Source: a virus (Duplodnaviria; Caudoviricetes). Taken from it: 64,000 nt of DNA. The notes below the pieces were generated by a model. It searched no databases. It saw only the letters and a list, made by a program, of their open reading frames with translations, and had not been told where the DNA came from. The stretch lies in IMG/VR virus record IMGVR_UViG_3300016744_000001, one strand, 5' to 3'. Positions 56,358 to 64,000 of the stretch are shown here, in pieces. Position 1 is the first letter of the stretch, and every line of letters starts with the position of its first letter. A program made the translations under genes and the position numbers.

Positions 56358-57116
56358 ATGGTTATTGAAAAGAAGGTTAATGCCCCGATCTGTCTTGACT
56401 TGCACAAAGATCGGCATCTTCTTGTCACCAAGATACATGTCCTGCAGATTTCGAATGGAAGTAAGGTCCTTTTGAATCAGTTTGGAATGAATGTCCTGCG
56501 TGACTACTACCGAGACAATTCGACTCTGCAGAATCCAATCCTTGATCCATGTCAGTTGTTCACAGTGGAGTCAATTCATCTCGATCCGCTGGATGCTGAT
56601 CAACTGGCCAACCCTATTGTCAGAAACGACGGTAAATTGCAGTATGGTTACGCTGTGATCTCCGCCAATCCATTTGGTCAGAATTTTGAACTCACAATCA
56701 ACTTGGCATGCATTGATCCAGCGGCGGTGCACAATGTTGAACAGCATTACTACGTGATCGGCACCAGAAATACCCTTGTTGGGCATTACGCATATGTCGG
56801 TCGAGAATGCTGCGCTCCGTATTGCCGTCATCTTCAACTGGCAACAAGGTTTGCTACGTTTAAAGATGCTGTTGAGTTTTTACGTAAGAACTCAAAGGAC
56901 CCTGTACAACTTTCACCCAGCAAATCTTCTAACGTGGAGGCTGGTGGCTCACCACGATTAGGGCGCAACGGGCTTGCATACTACCATTTCGGTGATAGCA
57001 TTGAAGAAGGAACTTTTGAAATACTTGAGGTCCACACAAGCTTGGACCTCATCAAGTGTTTCAATGAATCCGACTTTGTCGAAGACAAACACCGATTTCA
57101 GCAGATGCTGAAGTAG
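56358..57116 (+). CDS. Hypothetical protein, paralog family D
   Basis: GSKVLLN..G, DP..LFTVES, INLACIDP, YVIG. Confidence 0.7.
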   Translation: MVIEKKVNAPICLDLHKDRHLLVTKIHVLQISNGSKVLLNQFGMNVLRDYYRDNSTLQNPILDPCQLFTVESIHLDPLDADQLANPIVRNDGKLQYGYAVISANPFGQNFELTINLACIDPAAVHNVEQHYYVIGTRNTLVGHYAYVGRECCAPYCRHLQLATRFATFKDAVEFLRKNSKDPVQLSPSKSSNVEAGGSPRLGRNGLAYYHFGDSIEEGTFEILEVHTSLDLIKCFNESDFVEDKHRFQQMLK

Positions 57117-57169
57117 AAAACTAACTCGTTGAACATTCAGAACTTCTGGCAATGTCTCTTGGAGGAAAC

Positions 57170-57790
57170 ATGGAAACTGTTAATATCAATATTGAGCTTG
57201 ATCGTGAGCTGCTTGCCAGCTGGAACCATGTCTTGCAGATCAGCCCTGGTCGCAAGGTCATCTTGAACAAGATTGGCCGTGACCAGATGGATATGCATTT
57301 TGCCAATGCCTTGTCACCGCATCATCAGTGGTTTGACCCTGAAACGATTTTCATGGTTCAATCCATGAACGTCCCTGAAATCCAGAAGGACCAGCGTCTT
57401 AAGCAGTCTGGTTACAAAGAAGGGGACTTGCGGTTTGGTCATGTCAATCTGATCGGCACTTATAAAAACATGACCATCCACCTGCAGATCAACATCGCTG
57501 GTGTGGAGCCAGTCGAACGGCATTGCGTTGAGCGGTGTCAGTACGTGATCGGCTGGCGCAATGCTGATGCTGGATGCTACACCTACCTTGGTGGCGGTCA
57601 TGCGCGTCATCCGTCTTTTACAGTTGACATCATGGGAGCTTACTTCTTCAGCACCGCGACGTCTGCTTTGGAATACAGTCATCAATGTGCCGACTTGAAG
57701 GACCAGGTGATTGAGATCATCGAGGTCATTTCCAAAAGCAATGTGGTCATCGTTGCTGACCCCAAGCTCACGGAATTGAACAACATTTAA
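57170..57790 (+). CDS. Hypothetical protein, paralog family D
   Basis: GRKVILN..G, DP..IFMVQS, INIAGVEP, YVIG. Confidence 0.7.
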   Translation: METVNINIELDRELLASWNHVLQISPGRKVILNKIGRDQMDMHFANALSPHHQWFDPETIFMVQSMNVPEIQKDQRLKQSGYKEGDLRFGHVNLIGTYKNMTIHLQINIAGVEPVERHCVERCQYVIGWRNADAGCYTYLGGGHARHPSFTVDIMGAYFFSTATSALEYSHQCADLKDQVIEIIEVISKSNVVIVADPKLTELNNI

Positions 57791-57810
57791 ACCAGATTTT
57801 GGAGGGCAAC

Positions 57811-58152
57811 ATGGAATTTAAAGCTACTGAAGAGCAGGTGTGGGAAATCATGACCAATGCCATCAACGCCAGCAGTCCTGCTGGCATGGGCTTCTTCCAC
57901 TTTGAAAACAAAGACTACACCGTGGAAGAAGTCAAAGCCAACCTGGCGGTAGACGGTTACGGCCGTCCGCAGAAAAACGAAGTCTACGCCGACTACTTTG
58001 CCGGCCGCATGGTGAAGCTCAACATCCGTCGGGTGAGCGATGGCGTCTGGGGAATGAATGACGAGTTCCGCGACGACTATCAGAGCTTCTGCCACAAATA
58101 CCCCACACCGCTGGATCTGATCGCCTCTGTTTCTGGTGTTGACCTGGTTTAA
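57811..58152 (+). CDS. Conserved small phage protein (GMG...DY..GR.K motif)
   Basis: GMGFFH and YADYFAGRMVKL motifs. Confidence 0.7.
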   Translation: MEFKATEEQVWEIMTNAINASSPAGMGFFHFENKDYTVEEVKANLAVDGYGRPQKNEVYADYFAGRMVKLNIRRVSDGVWGMNDEFRDDYQSFCHKYPTPLDLIASVSGVDLV

Positions 58153-58165
58153 CCTTTAACCAAAA

Positions 58166-58660
58166 GTGAGCAAACTCATGTCTTATTGTGAAGCTGACAA
58201 ATTGTCTCTTGAAGCCAAGAACGTCCTGATCGGTCACCGTCTCCGCTTGAATGGTGCCAATGGTATTAACTTTACCCTCAACGGCATGCCCGGGCTGTGG
58301 ATGTCTGAAATCGACATCACCTTCCAGCTTCCCGATGAAGTGGAAGGCGAACAATCCCGCCGCAGCTATCTGGCGAACGCGCTGATGTGCATCAACGTGG
58401 TACCGTACGAAAACCAGTCGCCGTTTGAACACGGCACTGACAAGATCAAGAAAGCCTTGGTCGATATCGCCACGACCATCCGTGACGACGAAGAATTCCG
58501 TTTCACGGACAACTACTGCTGGACCATCAGTGGGCATTTCCCGCTTGAAAACGAATTCGCCATCCAACGGGCTGCCCCGGATTTCTTCGGCACAGTACTG
58601 CTTACCCCGGTCTTCCGCAGCGGTGACCCTGTCACACACACGATCTCACTCGACGACTAA
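58166..58660 (+). CDS. Hypothetical protein
   Basis: ORF ends just before a hairpin. Confidence 0.65.
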   Translation: MSKLMSYCEADKLSLEAKNVLIGHRLRLNGANGINFTLNGMPGLWMSEIDITFQLPDEVEGEQSRRSYLANALMCINVVPYENQSPFEHGTDKIKKALVDIATTIRDDEEFRFTDNYCWTISGHFPLENEFAIQRAAPDFFGTVLLTPVFRSGDPVTHTISLDD

Positions 58661-58666
58661 CGGCAT

Positions 58667-58697
58667 CTGGTACCCGGGGAAATTCCCCGGGTACCAG
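58667..58697. terminator. 15-bp-arm inverted repeat
   Basis: CTGGTACCCGGGGAA-a-TTCCCCGGGTACCAG. Confidence 0.75.
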
Positions 58698-58768
58698 GAT
58701 TAAGTAAAGATCAGATTACTTTTGATGAGAATCGAATAATGCATGGTTCTCGTTAAAGAAGGAGCACT

Positions 58769-59377
58769 ATGGTGACAATCTTTGAGTACATGGTTACTGA
58801 AACGTCCCCAACTTGTGTCGGTTATTTGATTGAACTGGTTTCGAAACAGAAAAAAGTTCGGTTCCGTCATGAGAAGTTTATGCAGGTTCATGATGGTGGT
58901 TCCACAGTTGAGCTCATGTGTGCTAGTCCAAAGTCAGTCCAGACCATTAAAGGATTGTGCAATGAGCTTGATTGTGAACTTGGTGAGGTTGAATTTTCTC
59001 ACCACGATGGCTATACTGAAATCGCCGAATTTGTGGCGCAATGGCCGAAATTTGTTGAGTTGATAATTCAAACAGTCGCTGGGCAATCACTGGACTTCCG
59101 TCGGCAAGCAACCTTCAGTGCGAACATCTTGTCTAAGAAAACTCCGGATACGGTTTACTCCGTCTTAGTAGATTCCATCTACGTCACAATTAAACCGATC
59201 TTCGATATCGTCGCACATCCACTTGGTCAGCAGAGTTGCGAACTTACTCGCAATTGCAAATGTTGTGATCGCCGGTTCACTCCCAAAAACCGAAAAGGGG
59301 TTTATTGCTCAGACAAGTGTCGTCTTAAGGATTATCGTCAAAATCACTCACGGAGTAAAAATGAAGACGAAAATTAA
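58769..59377 (+). CDS. Protein with a C-terminal treble-clef (CGNR-like) zinc finger
   Basis: CKCCDRRF...YCSDKCR. Confidence 0.7.
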   Translation: MVTIFEYMVTETSPTCVGYLIELVSKQKKVRFRHEKFMQVHDGGSTVELMCASPKSVQTIKGLCNELDCELGEVEFSHHDGYTEIAEFVAQWPKFVELIIQTVAGQSLDFRRQATFSANILSKKTPDTVYSVLVDSIYVTIKPIFDIVAHPLGQQSCELTRNCKCCDRRFTPKNRKGVYCSDKCRLKDYRQNHSRSKNEDEN

Positions 59378-59708
59378 CGCGTACTGTCCGGAATGTCACG
59401 TGTCCATTGGCATGCCTCATTTGGATGGTTGTGACATTGCTCAGTGTCACAACTGCGGTGGTCAGCGACTCACTTGTCAGTGTGAAGATTCTGGCACGGA
59501 TGTTTGGACTGGGTATTCCCCTGGTGTTAAAGAAGCAGAAGAGTATCACTTCTTCTGTAAAATTGGAAAAATCTCAGTTGGGTTGGGAGCAATTCATGTT
59601 CCGGTTGCTTGTCCGTTTGACGACCCTGATGCCGAAGCTGATGTCAACCAAATGAAACGAAGTTGCGTTTGGGACAAAGACAAGAAACGTTTCATTAAAC
59701 CGGTCTAA
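59361..59708 (+). CDS. Cys-rich zinc-binding protein
   Basis: GGAG RBS; CPEC...H..GCD...C.NCGGQ...C.C. Confidence 0.7.
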   Translation: MKTKINAYCPECHVSIGMPHLDGCDIAQCHNCGGQRLTCQCEDSGTDVWTGYSPGVKEAEEYHFFCKIGKISVGLGAIHVPVACPFDDPDAEADVNQMKRSCVWDKDKKRFIKPV

Positions 59709-59712
59709 CCGG

Positions 59713-59746
59713 ATAAAGGGGGTTGAAATACCCCCTTTATTTTTTT
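59713..59746 (+). terminator. Classical intrinsic terminator (hairpin plus T-tract)
   Basis: ATAAAGGGGG-ttgaaata-CCCCCTTTAT followed by TTTTTT. Confidence 0.55.
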
Positions 59747-59755
59747 GGAGTAGAC

Positions 59756-60265
59756 ATGTGGTATCCATCAAACACGATTGCTGGTTTCTTTGGTCCATAC
59801 AGATTCTTATCAAACTTTTATGCGGCACCACAATACACCGATGGTGTTTGGTGGCCAACAAACGAACATTACTTTCAGTTCAGGAAAGCAACAACTGATC
59901 TGGAATATTGGAAAGCGGAGATCCTGAAGAAAGAAAACGCCTCATGGGCGAAACACATTGGTTGTTACAAGATACCAATTCCAAGTAATTGGGCAGACAT
60001 CAAAGACGACTGTATGATTGAAGGATTGTACCGTAAGTTTAAAATCCCACGACTTCGGCAACTTTTGATTGATACTGCCCCACTTATTCTTATTGAAGAA
60101 AACAATTGGAATGATACCTATTGGGGCATGTGTCGTGGAAAAGGGCTTAATCGATTAGGTGAACTCTTGATGGAAGTCAGAGAAAATATACTCATGCAAG
60201 GAACCCACGATGAAGAGCACGAGGAAGCATCCAAGTATCACGATTTTTCCGCTGATGGATTTTGA
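59756..60265 (+). CDS. NADAR (YbiA-like) family N-glycosidase / ADP-ribosylhydrolase
   Basis: FLSNFY, WPTNEHYFQ..K, KF, L.E....D.YWG, G.NRLG..LM.VR. Confidence 0.9.
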   Translation: MWYPSNTIAGFFGPYRFLSNFYAAPQYTDGVWWPTNEHYFQFRKATTDLEYWKAEILKKENASWAKHIGCYKIPIPSNWADIKDDCMIEGLYRKFKIPRLRQLLIDTAPLILIEENNWNDTYWGMCRGKGLNRLGELLMEVRENILMQGTHDEEHEEASKYHDFSADGF

Positions 60266-61079
60266 TTTTGATAATCCAAAGATTTCTTCCAAACTTCAGG
60301 AATGGAGACAAGAACTTGATGGTGTTGATACCGAACTGACACTTGAAGAACTGAAACAGTGGAATGGTGTCAACATCATCGCACACAACAAACAGCACAT
60401 CGGTTGTGTTGGTTTGGTTGATGCTTTGCATGCCAATGAAGTTCAGTACCTCCACGGATTCGTGATCGACAAAAAATATCGTCAGCAAGGATTTGGTCGA
60501 CAAGCTTTGAAGCAAGTAATCAAATCAGCAAAAGCTTCTGGTTATAACTACCTGACTCTTGGGGTGGAGAAACGGAACCATGTCGCACTGAAGTTGTATT
60601 TGGACTTTGGTTTCTCTCCTACGGCAGAATCGCACTGGATCAATGCTCCAGCTCACACAATTGAGCAATTACCTTCCTGTTACAGTTTGATTAAACGACA
60701 ACGTGATCTGACAGATCAGTGGCACCGGAAACTTGATCACTACTACATGGAGCATCATCTCGACAAAACCCATGTTCCTGGGATACACAAGCCTGGTTTC
60801 TGGTGGCCACCGAATCAAAACTATCAGCAGCTGACCAAAGTCGATGACAATGGTTTTATCTTGGCCACCACTGGATTATACGTCTTTGAAGATCGAGTAT
60901 TGATTGACCATCCCTTGAGCGATCATGCCACTGACCTTGGTAGCTTGATTGAAACAGCACTTGGGCTGTATGCTCGTCAGACGAACATCTTCACTGACTA
61001 CAGGTTTAAGTACAACTGTGTCATCCATCAGTTTGGTACTCAACCCGATTGTTATTGCTTGGCGTTGCCATGTAAATGA
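60255..61079 (+). CDS. GNAT acetyltransferase with a C-terminal extension
   Basis: FVIDKKYRQQGFGRQAL, L.V...N..AL.LY..FGF. Confidence 0.8.
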   Translation: MDFDFDNPKISSKLQEWRQELDGVDTELTLEELKQWNGVNIIAHNKQHIGCVGLVDALHANEVQYLHGFVIDKKYRQQGFGRQALKQVIKSAKASGYNYLTLGVEKRNHVALKLYLDFGFSPTAESHWINAPAHTIEQLPSCYSLIKRQRDLTDQWHRKLDHYYMEHHLDKTHVPGIHKPGFWWPPNQNYQQLTKVDDNGFILATTGLYVFEDRVLIDHPLSDHATDLGSLIETALGLYARQTNIFTDYRFKYNCVIHQFGTQPDCYCLALPCK

Positions 61080-61155
61080 TTGGTTTACGGAACTATATTC
61101 CTACTCTGATCATTACGATCAATCAACAAAACTTATCCGAAAAGGAAGGGAACTT

Positions 61156-61587
61156 ATGAAAACTCTCATGCTGCTTATCGTGTCTGTGGTGCTGATGGCT
61201 TCCAATGCTTTTGCTTGGACTGACTACGAGAACATGTCTCCTGAACAGATCAGGAAGTTCCATCAGTTGTGTCCCTTTGGGGATGCGGTAATGGTAAACA
61301 AGGCTGATCCTAACAAGACGGCTGAGGTCGACTGCATCAACCTGGATAAGAACAAGTACGTCTGGATCACCTGGTCAGTGGTCGATGGTAAGAAAGTGTT
61401 CACCAGTTATCCCACTGACAAGTGGGATGCATTCACCATGGATTACCAACTGATCATTAAGGATGGTCAGTTATACAAGGAAAAGACGTACAACCGCCAG
61501 GAAGATATCGAGCGTCTGGACAAGATGATCAAAGATGCTGAAGCAGAACGCAAAGTATCGATGATGGTCGTCAGCCCGCTGTTCTAG
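61156..61587 (+). CDS. Exported protein (signal peptide)
   Basis: MKTLMLLIVSVVLMASNAFA signal with an A-F-A cleavage site. Confidence 0.7.
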   Translation: MKTLMLLIVSVVLMASNAFAWTDYENMSPEQIRKFHQLCPFGDAVMVNKADPNKTAEVDCINLDKNKYVWITWSVVDGKKVFTSYPTDKWDAFTMDYQLIIKDGQLYKEKTYNRQEDIERLDKMIKDAEAERKVSMMVVSPLF

Positions 61588-61623
61588 GTTACAAAAAAAA
61601 ACAAACTCCGAAGGAGTCCTGCC

Positions 61624-62238
61624 ATGATCAGAGAGAACAAATTTTACACCGGAATTGGTGTTGCGGTTATTGCGATGTTCATCATGTTCCTTGTTGAGCA
61701 TAATGACAAAATCAACACGATGAATGAACTTGCTGCGCTTCAGGTCAAGTACGATAAACTGGAAAAGAAACCTCCAGTCGTCGTCTACAAGACACTTGGA
61801 CTTGAAGTCAGGAAAGCCAATTCCTCAGGAAAGATCGAGTTGTGGCAGAAAAACAAGAATCTGCTCAATGTCAAGAAACCACTCAACGCCCCAAAGTGGC
61901 TTGGGCAGATCGGCGTCGATCAATATGATCATGCTATCTTTGAAGACGAACGATACTCTGTTCGTGCTGGGGCATACGTCCTGCTCAAGTACTACCTTGA
62001 GTATGGACTGAATACCGTGGAACTGCTTGTCCCAAGATTTGCCCGGGGCAACAATGCGGAGTACATCACGTTCCTTTGTGATAAACTAAGGGTCAAGCCC
62101 AACGAACACATTAACGTGGTTGAGCGCTTGGCAGAATTCCTCCAATGCATGGTGCAGTTCGAATCTGGTCAAAAGATCAGGATCGAAGAATTTGTTGCCT
62201 TTGACGTGGCCAGTCGGGTGTACCGGCAGTACAAGTAA
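61624..62238 (+). CDS. Membrane-anchored lysozyme-like protein (NNPGNIR-type phage family), putative muralytic enzyme
   Basis: N-terminal TM helix and coiled coil; KNKNLLNVK, F.....S.RAG...L..Y...YGLNTV, Y..F....L.V.P, FESG pattern. Confidence 0.55.
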   Translation: MIRENKFYTGIGVAVIAMFIMFLVEHNDKINTMNELAALQVKYDKLEKKPPVVVYKTLGLEVRKANSSGKIELWQKNKNLLNVKKPLNAPKWLGQIGVDQYDHAIFEDERYSVRAGAYVLLKYYLEYGLNTVELLVPRFARGNNAEYITFLCDKLRVKPNEHINVVERLAEFLQCMVQFESGQKIRIEEFVAFDVASRVYRQYK

Positions 62239-62243
62239 AATAA

Positions 62244-62278
62244 TGATAGCAGGGGGAGCATTACTCCCCCTGCTATCA
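62244..62278. terminator. 15-bp stem hairpin
   Basis: TGATAGCAGGGGGAG-catta-CTCCCCCTGCTATCA. Confidence 0.75.
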
Positions 62279-62345
62279 CCATCCTGGATACTTTTATTTT
62301 TTATCTGTTTAGCTGATTAGATAAACACAAATAAAGGAGCGTCTC

Positions 62346-63296
62346 ATGACGATCGATTTTAAAAAACTGTTGCTCACTGAACCACCATTGTGGGTTGTTG
62401 TTGGAACATTTGTACTGATGTTCCTAGTAACCATTTTTGCAATTTATGCCAAGGTTGATCCCTCAATGATGCAATGGGTTATCCTTGCGACAATGCTTTG
62501 GTTTGGGATTGCTACCACGAACTACCGCACAATCAGGGCACCGAAAGAACAAGACATCCAAGTAACATTCATGAGCCGTGACAACACTCAGACATTCTAT
62601 TTCACTGGGGATGACTACCACGGTTACGTCGTGAAAAATAAGGCACGGTCTTACAGCCAGCAATTGTTTGCGGAATTCAAGTGTCGTGATATTCCGGAAG
62701 GAATTGCGCTTTGTTTTTCAGCCCTACGATTTCTATCGAAAACGATTTCGGTAGAAAAGCAAAGCTCCGGGTATAACGCGGATGATGTTTGGTTGATTAC
62801 CAACATCAAAAAACTCGTTGACAATCGTCACTGGGAACCCATCCTTCCTGAATACTACTTCTACACGGCTAGCTCATTTTTCCCTGGTCAACCAACAGAA
62901 GAAACACATCCTCGGACAATGATCACCCCATGCGTGTTGATGGTCGACGATGGTGTTTGGGATAGTGTTGCAGCTGCCTTTGGTGCAATTCGTAAATGTG
63001 AACAATTTGGGGAACGTTGCCAACTTGACTTTCTCCAACTCAGTCTCCAATCTCCTGAGTTGCTTACGTACTTTGAAAAGCTGTGTATGGAACTTCAGGA
63101 TAATGACAATCCCACCGCTACCGTTACAGCGATCTTTTACGATCACAACTCTCGTCAGACTATCCCTCTCATTCTGAATGCCAACTGGTATGTCAATGAT
63201 CCGAAAGTATTCAACTTTGCAAATCGCAGTGCTTGGGAAGATCAACTTCAGATCATCAGAAACTGCACCAACATCAAAAGTTTGACTGAGTACTAA
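62346..63296 (+). CDS. Membrane protein (2 N-terminal TM helices), paralog family E
   Basis: Two hydrophobic helices, then VTF...F..G...GY.VK. Confidence 0.7.
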   Translation: MTIDFKKLLLTEPPLWVVVGTFVLMFLVTIFAIYAKVDPSMMQWVILATMLWFGIATTNYRTIRAPKEQDIQVTFMSRDNTQTFYFTGDDYHGYVVKNKARSYSQQLFAEFKCRDIPEGIALCFSALRFLSKTISVEKQSSGYNADDVWLITNIKKLVDNRHWEPILPEYYFYTASSFFPGQPTEETHPRTMITPCVLMVDDGVWDSVAAAFGAIRKCEQFGERCQLDFLQLSLQSPELLTYFEKLCMELQDNDNPTATVTAIFYDHNSRQTIPLILNANWYVNDPKVFNFANRSAWEDQLQIIRNCTNIKSLTEY

Positions 63297-63314
63297 CTGT
63301 ACAAGGAGCCACCC

Positions 63315-64000
63315 GTGTTAAAAAATTGGATTAACCAGAATTTCGGACTAGTCCTAATCGCAGTGTGGTTCAGTTGGTGCTGGTTCGGGATAAACCTGAT
63401 GATTGCCAACAATACCACAACACCAGAAGGGGTACTCTTTGCCGTTAGTGGATTCTTGGTAGCGATCACAACCGTTGCGTGGGCAGTTCAAAAAGTTAAC
63501 CGTAAGCGGCAAGACGCGTTGACCAAACATCTGGTAACTTTTGTCAATGGCCCCACTCAACGTAACTTCATCATTCTTGGATGTCCTTTGACAGGTTACA
63601 TTGTCAAATCGGAGGATGGTGCCGTTTACGGTGAATACCCTGCCAGTGATTTCCAGACTGCGATTGGGGTTAGTTTTGATCTTGTCAAGGTGCAAGAAAA
63701 AGCTACTCCATCCACTTGGATAATCCTTCGGATATTACGGATCTCGAATAATGAGCAACAGTACACCCACTTTGAGTTGTACGGATTGACTCAGAAAAGC
63801 TTTTCCGAAAGGTTAGCTGAAAGAGCTTTCCAGCTGCGCAGGACGCCCTGTATGGTGTTGTTCCCAACTGAGCTGACTGCTCAAGTTTGTGATGTATTCG
63901 GAACAATCACAAACTTTGTAGCGCTCACGGCGCGTCACAGATTTGGTATGATCAACATCACCTTGGATGATGACCTTCTTCCAACAAAGATGCTTAAGCT
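63315..64000 (+). CDS. Membrane protein, paralog family E (partial, runs off the window's right edge; absent from the ORF track)
   Basis: AAGGAG RBS, GTG 63315; MLKNWINQNFGLVLIAVWFSW...VTFVNGPTQRNFIILGCPLTGYIVK...TPCMV. Confidence 0.65.
   Translation, partial: MLKNWINQNFGLVLIAVWFSWCWFGINLMIANNTTTPEGVLFAVSGFLVAITTVAWAVQKVNRKRQDALTKHLVTFVNGPTQRNFIILGCPLTGYIVKSEDGAVYGEYPASDFQTAIGVSFDLVKVQEKATPSTWIILRILRISNNEQQYTHFELYGLTQKSFSERLAERAFQLRRTPCMVLFPTELTAQVCDVFGTITNFVALTARHRFGMINITLDDDLLPTKMLK

Noticed and set aside
4355-62278. CRISPR array, integron attC sites or REP/MITE elements
   Set aside because: The palindromes are single, dispersed, differ in arm sequence and sit at operon ends; no regular spacers, integrase or transposase seen
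1-64000. Alternative genetic code (stop-codon reassignment)
   Set aside because: Core genes are intact under the standard code, and TAA, TAG and TGA all end genes at sensible boundaries
1-64000. tRNA or rRNA genes
   Set aside because: No cloverleaf or T-loop signature noticed in intergenic regions; tRNAscan was not run

Overview
The window is a segment of a phiKZ-related (Chimalliviridae-like) jumbo myophage genome. It carries a divergent family-B DNA polymerase, three subunits of the two phage multisubunit RNA polymerases (gp80-, gp149- and gp123-like), portal, tail sheath, tail tube and other virion genes, and an M15 peptidase endolysin. Between these sit + strand early-gene islands that start at the phiKZ early-promoter motif TATATTAC and contain many tandem paralogs. 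The standout is a minus-strand nucleotide-metabolism cluster. It holds an adenylosuccinate-synthetase homolog with PurZ signatures (GSTGKG, FPIRV, NFxNY), a nucleoside-deoxyribosyltransferase-like gene and a class II ribonucleotide reductase carrying a triplicated ~120-aa insertion. This suggests a 2,6-diaminopurine (Z) DNA pathway in a phiKZ-type jumbo phage, with no DatZ, MazZ or DpoZ recognisable in the window. Other oddities are an ASCH/PUA-like insertion in the virion RNAP beta-prime subunit and more than 20 long intergenic palindromes (many with a GGGATATCCC-type core) that mostly lack U-tracts. All family calls come from motif recognition by eye; no searches were run.
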